NCBI GenBank assembly: GCA_043427975.1
Contig: JBHWTK010000033.1
Span: 77,502-141,501 of the forward strand
Direction: 5' to 3'
DNA: 64,000 bases
Origin: Chloroflexia bacterium
GTDB taxonomy: Bacteria > Chloroflexota > Chloroflexia > Thermomicrobiales > UBA6265
Part shown: positions 56,493-64,000 of the stretch, piece after piece
Position numbering within the stretch: position 1 is the stretch's first letter
Layout of the letters: every line of letters starts with the position of its first letter
The notes under the pieces: generated by a model
Told to the model about the DNA's origin: nothing
The model's database searches: none
What the model saw: the letters and a program-made list of their open reading frames with translations, nothing else
Made by a program: the position numbers and the translations under genes

Positions 56493-57415
56493 TGGCTGCA
56501 CAGGCACCCGCCCCCGCTGACCTCGCAAGTGCTCCCTCGGCAACATCGCTAAAGGAACGTCCGGGTTGGCTCAGCAGCCGCAGGAACCAAAACCTGCTCA
56601 AGGCGTGGGCTCTCCGCGTTGTGATCTGGGTCATCCTTATTGCCGTCCTGTTCCCGGTTGTGTACGTGCTGTTCACCAGCTTCAAGGCCGATGGCCGGGG
56701 GCTGTCCACAACATCGCTGTTCCCGAGGGAATACACGCTTGATCTCTACAAGCGATTGCTCAATACAGAGACCAGCAACTTCCTCAACTGGGTGAAGAAC
56801 TCGCTCATCATGGGCATTGTGGCTGGCGTATTCCAGGTTGTGTTTGCAACCTTTGCGGGTTACGCGTTCTCACGCATGCGATTCCCGGGCCGCAAATACG
56901 GCATTCTCTTCCTGCTCATCATCCAGATGCTGCCAATCAACATGCAGGCAGTGGCCTACTACAAGCTGCTGTCGCTGACCGGCCTGTACAACACCCGCAT
57001 CGGCATCATCATGATCTTCGGCCTCGGCGGGTCCGCCCTGGCGGTGTGGCTGATGAAGAACTTCGTGGATTCCATCCCGAAGGACCTCGATGAAGCTGCG
57101 TCGATTGACGGCGCCGGGCATTGGCAGAACTTCTGGCAGATCATCTTCCCGCTCATCCAGCCGATGCTGGTGGCACAGTTCATCTTCGGGTTCATCGGCG
57201 TGTACAACGAGTACGTGCTCACGTCCATCCTGCTTTCCAACGATGCCCTGTACCCGCTGGGCGTTGGCGTCCGCGTGTACAGCACGGCGGTAACCACCAG
57301 CTGGACGATCTTCTGCGCCGCAGCGGTGCTCGGTTCGATTCCGATCCTGATCATCTTCTTCGCCGCCCAGAAGTTCCTGGTGGAGGGACTTACGCGGGGC
57401 GCTGTCAAGGGGTAA
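56492..57415 (+). CDS. sugar ABC transporter permease (MalG-like)
   Basis: EAASIDGAGHWQNFWQIIFPL EAA motif, six predicted TM segments. Confidence 0.85.
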   Translation: MAAQAPAPADLASAPSATSLKERPGWLSSRRNQNLLKAWALRVVIWVILIAVLFPVVYVLFTSFKADGRGLSTTSLFPREYTLDLYKRLLNTETSNFLNWVKNSLIMGIVAGVFQVVFATFAGYAFSRMRFPGRKYGILFLLIIQMLPINMQAVAYYKLLSLTGLYNTRIGIIMIFGLGGSALAVWLMKNFVDSIPKDLDEAASIDGAGHWQNFWQIIFPLIQPMLVAQFIFGFIGVYNEYVLTSILLSNDALYPLGVGVRVYSTAVTTSWTIFCAAAVLGSIPILIIFFAAQKFLVEGLTRGAVKG

Positions 57416-57549
57416 CCCCCGCTCTACCCGCACAATGTGCCACTATCCCCGGTTCCTCCGCGAACCGGGGATGGTGCGCGATCTCTACGCGTCGAATCGC
57501 TCCCGCAGGGCCGACCTGCCGGAGTGTTGGCATGAACGGATAATCTCTC

Positions 57550-59328
57550 TTGGATAACAAGGTCACCGGCGATTTCATTTTCGGCACGCTTGGCACTGAC
57601 GAGCGGCGCCTGGAGCACGAGGTTAACCGTGTCCGCGGTGTATGGCACGGCTCTCGCACATCACCCATCGATCCGGTCCCTGGCGATGTGGTGACGTTCA
57701 CCGTCACCGTGGGTACCGATATATCTGCGGAACACGTCGAACTGCTCCTGACACGGGATGGTTCATTCCCCGGCGACGAGGCCCCGGTGACGCGGCTCCA
57801 ACGGGTATCGGTTGAGTGGTCAACCATCGGCTGGGGCTACATCGAAACGTGGACATGCACCATACCGGCCGAAACTGAAGAGATGTGGCGGTACCGGGTC
57901 CGGGCCGTTACGGCGAACGGCGCGGTGGTATGGGCGGACATGAATCCCCGCACCGGTGAACCGGGCCTCTTTGCGCTTTCCATCGACACCGAAGGCGATG
58001 CGCCCTGGCTAAAGACGGCGGTCATCTACCAGGTGATGGTCGATCGTTTCGCCCCCTCTGAAACGGATACGTTCGAGAAGCAACCGACCCTGATGAATAT
58101 TTGGGGCGGCACGTTGCGGGGCCTGATCCGGCACCTGGATCACATTAAGCGGCTCGGCGCGAATGCCATTTGGCTCACGCCTGTTTTCCCCAGCCCCACG
58201 CATCATGGCTACGACGTTACCGATTACACGGCCATCGAGCCACGGCTGGGTACACTGGCTGACTTCGACCAATTGGTCGCCAAGGCACATGACCTTGGGA
58301 TCCGCATCATCCTGGACTTCGTTGCGAGCCACGCCTGCAACGAACACCCGCGATTCAAGGAGGCCCTGGCAGACCCGGAATCACCGTCCAGGGATCTGTT
58401 CCTGATCGACAACGACGGAGGGTACGATACGTTCTTCGGCGTCCAGTCCATGCCACGAATCAATGGCGATAGCGACGCGGCGCTGGAATGGCTGGTGAGC
58501 GCCGGGGCGTTCTGGATCGAGCGCGGAGTGGACGGGTTCCGGCTCGATTATGCGATCGGGCAATCCCACCAGTTCTGGACCCGCTTCCGCCGGGAACTGC
58601 GACGACTCAAACCAGACTTCGCGTTGATTGCGGAAGCGGTCGATTCCCCTGAAACCCTGCGGCAGTATCGCGGGCGTATCGACGCTGTGCTCGATTTTAC
58701 CTTCCTGGAGCACCTGCGCCTGTTTATGGGGTTCGAGAAGGAAACCGCAGCCGACTTCTGGCGCTTCTATCAGCGCGCAAGCAATTGGTTTGCCGAGGGG
58801 CCTGTAACAGTAACCTTCCTCGACAATCACGATATGAACCGCTTCCTGTGGATCGTACGTGGAGATACGCGCCGCCTGAAAATTGCGGCCATGCTTCAAC
58901 TGTCTCTCCCCTCCCCGGCGGTGATTTACTACGGAACCGAGGTGGGGCTGAACCAGTGGCGCGATTTGGAACACGAGGACGGATCGCGGCGGCTGGAGGA
59001 AAGTCGACCGCCGATGATATGGGGTAGCGGCCGGGATAACGACCTGATCGACTATTACCGGGCGCTGGTATTTTGGCGGGAGAAATTCGCAATCGCCGAT
59101 GCCGTGCCCCGGCTCGTGCATGCCGGCGACGACGGCACCCTGATCTTCACCACAGACGCGTGGCTCATTGCGATCAACCGCAGTAACCATGAGATCGGCA
59201 TTGATCTTGGCAGCTATGGCTCCATGTGGCTCTCGCTGGCAACCGGTAACGACGTTAACCTCTACGGGAGCGAGCTTGTGCTGCCTGCGTACAGTGGTGC
59301 GATACTGGCAAACGAACGAGCTCGCTAG
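57550..59328 (+). CDS. GH13 alpha-amylase family glycoside hydrolase
   Basis: GH13 regions GANAIWLTPVF, GFRLDYA, LIAEAV, FLDNHD; TTG start. Confidence 0.85.
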   Translation: MDNKVTGDFIFGTLGTDERRLEHEVNRVRGVWHGSRTSPIDPVPGDVVTFTVTVGTDISAEHVELLLTRDGSFPGDEAPVTRLQRVSVEWSTIGWGYIETWTCTIPAETEEMWRYRVRAVTANGAVVWADMNPRTGEPGLFALSIDTEGDAPWLKTAVIYQVMVDRFAPSETDTFEKQPTLMNIWGGTLRGLIRHLDHIKRLGANAIWLTPVFPSPTHHGYDVTDYTAIEPRLGTLADFDQLVAKAHDLGIRIILDFVASHACNEHPRFKEALADPESPSRDLFLIDNDGGYDTFFGVQSMPRINGDSDAALEWLVSAGAFWIERGVDGFRLDYAIGQSHQFWTRFRRELRRLKPDFALIAEAVDSPETLRQYRGRIDAVLDFTFLEHLRLFMGFEKETAADFWRFYQRASNWFAEGPVTVTFLDNHDMNRFLWIVRGDTRRLKIAAMLQLSLPSPAVIYYGTEVGLNQWRDLEHEDGSRRLEESRPPMIWGSGRDNDLIDYYRALVFWREKFAIADAVPRLVHAGDDGTLIFTTDAWLIAINRSNHEIGIDLGSYGSMWLSLATGNDVNLYGSELVLPAYSGAILANERAR

Positions 59329-59345
59329 CTACAAAGGACTCCAGG

Positions 59346-60128
59346 TTGAGGAACGCGACGATCTCCCTTTGGGCCGACCAGAACTTTACGCAGGCGACGA
59401 ACTCCCTGGTCTCGTCACATACCTCCCATATGTCCGGCGCGGTCGCTATCCTCCCCTCCTCCATGGACGCGAAGGACCCCTTTGCGGCGCTGGTCGGATC
59501 GGCCTTGCCGGAAGATACCAGTCCGTTTACGGCTGTACCCGTGACCGGGGCGGCCGCGCGACGCGCGTTTGTGACCCCCAACGTGATCGGTCGTTGGATG
59601 GATCGACCTGTACGATCCACAGATTCATCAATTACGAATGTCACGTGGCCCCAGGATGTTGTGCAGGCAAATCATCGGGTCATTGTGACCGACGTTGTAG
59701 AAGTCGCCCGTCGTGGGCCTTTCGTTTTGGACCTGCCCGCTCGTTACATTCACCCGCGTCAGCGCATGAAGTTACTGGCCAGCGGGCAGCGCGAGCAACT
59801 GGCTGCTGAGGTGGCGGATGCGTTCCCTGTGGATGTGATGGCCGTGTATATGTCTCATCGCGAGGGCGTGGTGCTGGCTGTGACGACGGATCCGATCGCT
59901 GCCGAGCTGGTCGCGCTGGCCATGAGCGAGTTATGTACCGGAGCGCCACGATCATTCACTGGTCCTTGGGAGGATCCTGTCGTACAGCGCGCAACTGAGC
60001 TGGAAATGGGGGTGCTCCTGCCCAACAGAATCCGAATCATTCCCGATGGCCCAAATCGTGCGAACCACTGGGCACAGCGCGTTGTGAACCATGTTCACCT
60101 GCGGCTTGGTGTACCACAGCGGAACTAG
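59346..60128 (+). CDS. hypothetical protein
   Basis: 260-aa ORF co-directional with its neighbours; no recognisable motif. Confidence 0.4.
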   Translation: MRNATISLWADQNFTQATNSLVSSHTSHMSGAVAILPSSMDAKDPFAALVGSALPEDTSPFTAVPVTGAAARRAFVTPNVIGRWMDRPVRSTDSSITNVTWPQDVVQANHRVIVTDVVEVARRGPFVLDLPARYIHPRQRMKLLASGQREQLAAEVADAFPVDVMAVYMSHREGVVLAVTTDPIAAELVALAMSELCTGAPRSFTGPWEDPVVQRATELEMGVLLPNRIRIIPDGPNRANHWAQRVVNHVHLRLGVPQRN

Positions 60129-60218
60129 CCCGACAGCCGGCCAAATGAGTACACTTCCACCACAGGGAAAAGCTCAGTGTCGAGCCTGAATGCCGGAGCG
60201 AATGTTCGGTGACGGTCC

Positions 60219-61442
60219 ATGAAGGAAAGGACGGACAGGCTTGAACACATTACTGGAAGCAATCAAACGTTGGATGCAGCAAATGGCGGAGTCGCACGAG
60301 CCAGTGCCAGTCCGCGTACCGGCCCGACGCCGCTAACCTTTCCAGCCTGGTACAAGCAGTTCATCACGCTTCTCATAGCGGCCACCCTCGTGTGGCCGCT
60401 ATTTGTTGGTGTCACGGGCGCGCAGGGTAATGCAACGTGTCATCAGTCGGTGGCGAAGCCCACGTTTGTGACCTCGGTCCACGTTCAACCCGGTGCTGGC
60501 TACGAACCGATTCTTGACGAAATCGACGCCGCCCGGTGCAGTATCGATATCTCCATGTACATCCTGACAAGCGAGGAGGTTGTGCAGGCTCTCGACTATG
60601 CCGAGCGCCGGGGCGTGCGCGTGCGGGTAATCCTTGACGAGGTTCCGTTCGGGTATTACGGCACCCAGCAGGAGATGTTCGATCAACTCATTGGGATCGG
60701 TGTGGAGGTGAAATGGTCGCCTCCGTCGTTTCAGTTCAGTCATGCCAAGTACATGATCATCGACAATAGCGTCCTTCTTGTGACCAACCAGAACTTCACC
60801 GGCGCGGGATTTAACAGTAATCGTGAGTTCGGAGTAGTGACCACCGAACCCGGGCGCGTCGGCGAGGCGATGCAGGTGTTCGAGAGCGATTGGAATAACG
60901 TCCAGAGCCCGACAACTTTTCAGCACCTCGTCGTTAGCCCGGTGAACTCTCGCAGTACGATCGTGGGGCTGATCAACGCCAGCCAGGAGAGCGTGTGGCT
61001 GTACGCCGAGGTTTTGCGTGACGAGGAGGTGACGCGGGCCCTGGACAGCGCCGTCGCCAGAGGCGTTGATGTGCGCCTGCTGGTCAACCCCTCTGCGAGC
61101 GATGAGGACGCCCCCTACTTCCTCGACGTTCTGAGCCACGGTGTGCAGGTGCGCGTGCTCAATACTCCATACGTTCACTCCAAGGCGTTGATCATCGATG
61201 GCAATCAGGTGTTGATCGGGTCGCAGAACTATTCGCTCACATCGCTGGACCGCAACCGCGAGCTCGGAATCGTGCTTGACGACCCAGAAATTGTCCAGGT
61301 CGTCAGTTCGACATTCATCGTGGATTGGCAACGCGGCGAACCAGTCGACACCATTACGATCGGTGGAAACCGCCTGTCGGGCGCCTTGACTCTGCCGGGC
61401 CGTGTTGGTACACTCACTTCCGGTCGATGGGGTGTCGTCTAA
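60219..61442 (+). CDS. phospholipase D family protein (two HKD motifs), secreted or membrane-anchored
   Basis: HAKYMIIDN and HSKALIIDG HKD motifs; N-terminal TM/signal FITLLIAATLVWPLFVGV. Confidence 0.85.
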   Translation: MKERTDRLEHITGSNQTLDAANGGVARASASPRTGPTPLTFPAWYKQFITLLIAATLVWPLFVGVTGAQGNATCHQSVAKPTFVTSVHVQPGAGYEPILDEIDAARCSIDISMYILTSEEVVQALDYAERRGVRVRVILDEVPFGYYGTQQEMFDQLIGIGVEVKWSPPSFQFSHAKYMIIDNSVLLVTNQNFTGAGFNSNREFGVVTTEPGRVGEAMQVFESDWNNVQSPTTFQHLVVSPVNSRSTIVGLINASQESVWLYAEVLRDEEVTRALDSAVARGVDVRLLVNPSASDEDAPYFLDVLSHGVQVRVLNTPYVHSKALIIDGNQVLIGSQNYSLTSLDRNRELGIVLDDPEIVQVVSSTFIVDWQRGEPVDTITIGGNRLSGALTLPGRVGTLTSGRWGVV

Positions 61443-61498
61443 TGGTAGGACAGCTGATTCTGGATCAGCCAGTTGGGGTTCGAGTCCCTGCACCCCAG
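61428..61498 (+). tRNA. tRNA-Gln (anticodon CTG)
   Basis: Acceptor TGGGGTG/CACCCCA with the U1:A72 pair typical of bacterial tRNA-Gln, anticodon loop UUCUGGA, TTCGAGT T-loop; CCA not encoded. Confidence 0.85.
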
Positions 61499-61504
61499 CC
61501 CCGA

Positions 61505-61547
61505 AACGCCCGCGAGTGAGTATTCACTCGCGGGCGTTCACTTTTTC
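61505..61547. terminator. rho-independent terminator
   Basis: aacgcccgcgagtga-gtat-tcactcgcgggcgtt followed by cacttttt. Confidence 0.8.
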
Positions 61548-61582
61548 GCTCAAGGTTCTGCGCGCCGGTTACCGGTGCGGCG

Positions 61583-62422
61583 TCATGAGGAGTGGCCCTC
61601 GTCGCCCGCAAACATCAGGTCTGCCAGAAGCGGAAAGTGGTCCGACGCCATGCGGGAGACCTCGTTATCCGCCACTTTGGCGGATGTAACAGTGAAATGT
61701 CGGGATACGAGGATGTGATCGATCCGGGCAATGGGCTCACCGCTGACGCCATCGAAAATCGTCTCACCTGGGCCGTCGGCCGCCGACCACACGTCAGCCA
61801 GCCCTGAGTCCGGCCCGATCAGACAATCGAGATCCCCGCTGTTGGCCTCAGCGTTGAAATCACCGAGGAGAACTACCGGTATGTCGAGTCCTGCAATATG
61901 GCGCGCAATCGCCGCGGCCTGTTGCATCCGTTGCCTGGACGCCTCTTCGATCTTCCCTGTCGCGTTTGACTGCATATGGGTGTTAACCACCGCGACTGCG
62001 CCGATTCCGGGCACTGCGATACGCGTATCCAGCATGCCCCGCTGTTCCCAGCCTTCTCTGGTGGGAAGGAAGATATTTTTGCAACTGACAATTGGAAACC
62101 GGGACAGCGTCGCTACCCCATGCTCGTGTAGCCCGGCTGCGTGTGAATCAGCTTCGTGCGTGAGGTTCGCACCGTAACACACGTCCATGTGAAGAAGTGC
62201 GGCAAACGACTGCGGCTGGTCGACGCTCCCCGACCTGGCCCAGAAGCGGTCTACTTCCTGAAGGGCGACGATATCCGGGTTCTCCGCCAACACAACAGCG
62301 GCCAGGCGCTCGAGATCCAGAGAGCAGTCCGCCTGGGGTGTTGAACCATCAGGTGTTGGGGGATCCTCGCATATGTCGTTTCCAGCGCTGTGGTGCGTGT
62401 TGTAAGTCATTATGGGCAACAT
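61583..62422 (-). CDS. endonuclease/exonuclease/phosphatase (EEP) family protein
   Basis: MTYNTHH, LQEVD and SDHFPLLADL blocks; start set at ATG 62422 because the longer ORF reads through a tRNA gene. Confidence 0.8.
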   Translation of the reverse strand: MLPIMTYNTHHSAGNDICEDPPTPDGSTPQADCSLDLERLAAVVLAENPDIVALQEVDRFWARSGSVDQPQSFAALLHMDVCYGANLTHEADSHAAGLHEHGVATLSRFPIVSCKNIFLPTREGWEQRGMLDTRIAVPGIGAVAVVNTHMQSNATGKIEEASRQRMQQAAAIARHIAGLDIPVVLLGDFNAEANSGDLDCLIGPDSGLADVWSAADGPGETIFDGVSGEPIARIDHILVSRHFTVTSAKVADNEVSRMASDHFPLLADLMFAGDEGHSS

Positions 62423-62653
62423 TGTCTGGCCTTCCGGAATCGCTTGATGAACGGCAGCCTGACCGTGTAACCAGGCGGCAACAATGGCGGGGTGGTAACG
62501 AAAATGGGAACACGTGGACCTGGTTGACCCCGGAGATCCATCGCCAATTGTACCGGTTGATTCCGCTCGGAACGCAAAACACGCCGCTGGATGGACGTCG
62601 ACGCGTAGTCGCACCAATATGCCAAAGCGATCAAGCAACCGCCGCCCAACGTG

Positions 62654-62676
62654 AAAAGCCACCCATACGGGTGGCC
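62654..62676 (-). terminator. rho-independent terminator after tRNA-Gly(TCC)
   Basis: On the minus strand ggccaccc-gtat-gggtggct followed by ttt. Confidence 0.6.
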
Positions 62677-62697
62677 TTTCGAGAATTAGATCGTACG

Positions 62698-62773
62698 TGG
62701 AGCGGGAGACGGGACTCGAACCCGCGACATTCTGCTTGGAAGGCAGACACTCTACCAACTGAGTTACTCCCGC
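62698..62773 (-). tRNA. tRNA-Gly (anticodon TCC)
   Basis: Acceptor GCGGGAG/CTCCCGC, anticodon loop CUUCCAA, TTCGAGT T-loop, encoded CCA. Confidence 0.9.
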
Positions 62774-62969
62774 GCTTGCGCAGCACGGAGAGTATAGTGC
62801 CTCGCCGGAAGACTGTCGAGAATGCTCCTCTTCCATCCGCTGCGCCGATAGGGGCGGCACCGATCACAGTAGATCTTCAGGCGGTCCATACCGGGTGATT
62901 TCTGCGGTACCATGCCACTGACTTGATGCGCGCGTTGGCGTGCCGGAATCACAACGAGGTGAACCTTTC

Positions 62970-63983
62970 ATGCATCCAGCTTTCGCTGATACTCCCGAGA
63001 CCCGTGCATGGTTTGACGCGATTGCGACCGTGTCCAATGAGGATGCCGACCGCGTACGCATACCAGACTCAAACACCTGGAGGACCTGGCTGGAGTTCGT
63101 CGAGATTCCGGAGCAGGACATTGCTGATGTGATCGCCACCACGCCAACGCAGGAGACCGATCCGGAACTCTATCGCGTGCTCCAGCAAGGCGCCGCTTAC
63201 CTGCTGTCGTATATGGGCAATCTGGATCGTCCGGTACCGTTCGCTGCCCTGGCGGATTTCAACTCGCCGCAATACCGTTTCTTCTATGTGCAGCTGCTCA
63301 CGGCCTGCCTGCCTGTCATACGGGCATATCACGGATCCCGAGGCATTCCCGAATCGGTCTCACAGGCCACCCTGGCTGATCTCGGTCGCAATGTCCGCGT
63401 GCATCGGAAGCGCGAAGGTGTTGGCGGCCTCGGCGTGATGTGGTGGTTGATGCTCCATTTCCGGGGGCTCATCTACCAGTTGGGCCGGCTGCAGTTTGAA
63501 ATGCATAGGGCCGGCGAGGAAATCGCAACGTCCATTCGGGCCGCCGGTGGCGATGCCACGGCGGATACATACGTGCTTTCGATCCACATACCGGATTTCA
63601 TGGGACCGATGGATTACGAGGCCTGCAACGCCTCTATTCGCCATGCCAGGCAGTTCTTCCCGGAGCACTTCCCCGATTGGCCGGTAGAGTACGCCATTTG
63701 CAATTCGTGGTTACTGGATCCGCAACTCAAGGCCTTCCTTAAACCGGAATCGAACATCATCCGGTTCCAGGATCGGTTCACGCTTACCGATGACTCTTAC
63801 GATTCCAGCGATTCAGTGATGCAGTTTGTGTTTGGTAAGCACGTGCGCGATATCGATACGATAACGCCCACCTCCTCCCTCGAACGCGGAGTCCTTGAAC
63901 ACCTTCGCAGCGGCAGGAAATGGTACGGTCGTCAGGGATGGTTCCGGCTCGCCGACGTTCCAGTGGCCGGTGCCCTGGACTAA
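62970..63983 (+). CDS. conserved hypothetical protein (possibly acyltransferase-like)
   Basis: 337-aa ORF from ATG 62970 with a GAGGTGA RBS; family assignment is from weak memory only. Confidence 0.5.
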   Translation: MHPAFADTPETRAWFDAIATVSNEDADRVRIPDSNTWRTWLEFVEIPEQDIADVIATTPTQETDPELYRVLQQGAAYLLSYMGNLDRPVPFAALADFNSPQYRFFYVQLLTACLPVIRAYHGSRGIPESVSQATLADLGRNVRVHRKREGVGGLGVMWWLMLHFRGLIYQLGRLQFEMHRAGEEIATSIRAAGGDATADTYVLSIHIPDFMGPMDYEACNASIRHARQFFPEHFPDWPVEYAICNSWLLDPQLKAFLKPESNIIRFQDRFTLTDDSYDSSDSVMQFVFGKHVRDIDTITPTSSLERGVLEHLRSGRKWYGRQGWFRLADVPVAGALD

Positions 63984-64000
63984 CCGCACCACCGGGTGAG

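Noticed and set aside
62423-62860. N-terminal extension of the EEP-family ORF (61583-62860, 425 aa)
   Set aside because: The extension translates straight through tRNA-Gly(TCC) and its terminator (the peptide GVTQLVECLPSKQNVAGSSPVSRS is tRNA sequence). The CDS was truncated to ATG 62422.

Overview
High-GC (about 60% by eye) bacterial chromosomal window made mostly of housekeeping genes: tilS-hpt, ybeY, mutM, comEA-comEC, ruvB-queA, dnaN-recF, folD, dnaE, rdgB-tatD, glmS with its ribozyme, purB-purC-purS-purQ, and a maltodextrin-type ABC transporter with a GH13 enzyme. It also holds nine tRNA genes and RNase P RNA. An LPXTG sorting signal, the glmS ribozyme, Cheo-type SOS boxes (GAAC-N4-GTTC) and an apparently leaderless ruvB point to a Gram-positive-like or Chloroflexota-like lineage, but taxonomy cannot be assigned from sequence alone. 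The main feature is a 14.4 kb integrative element (11646-26032) inserted into the 3' half of tRNA-His and bounded by a 45-bp direct repeat. It carries a tyrosine integrase, an excisionase-like HTH protein, a prim-pol-like replication protein, and small and large terminase genes (the large subunit is split into two ORFs). It has no portal, capsid, tail or lysis genes, so the layout resembles a phage satellite or a degraded prophage. Its tRNA-proximal end is a more AT-rich cargo array: a small P-loop kinase cassette flanked by ~100-bp imperfect direct repeats, a DNA methyltransferase fused to an Mrr-like domain, and then a four-gene block. That block is [membrane-anchored protein A1]-[HNH]-[paralogue A2]-[SIR2]. 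I consider it the best candidate for an undescribed anti-phage system. All coordinates of RNA ends, hairpins and corrected start codons come from hand inspection. No database search, alignment statistic or GC calculation was run.
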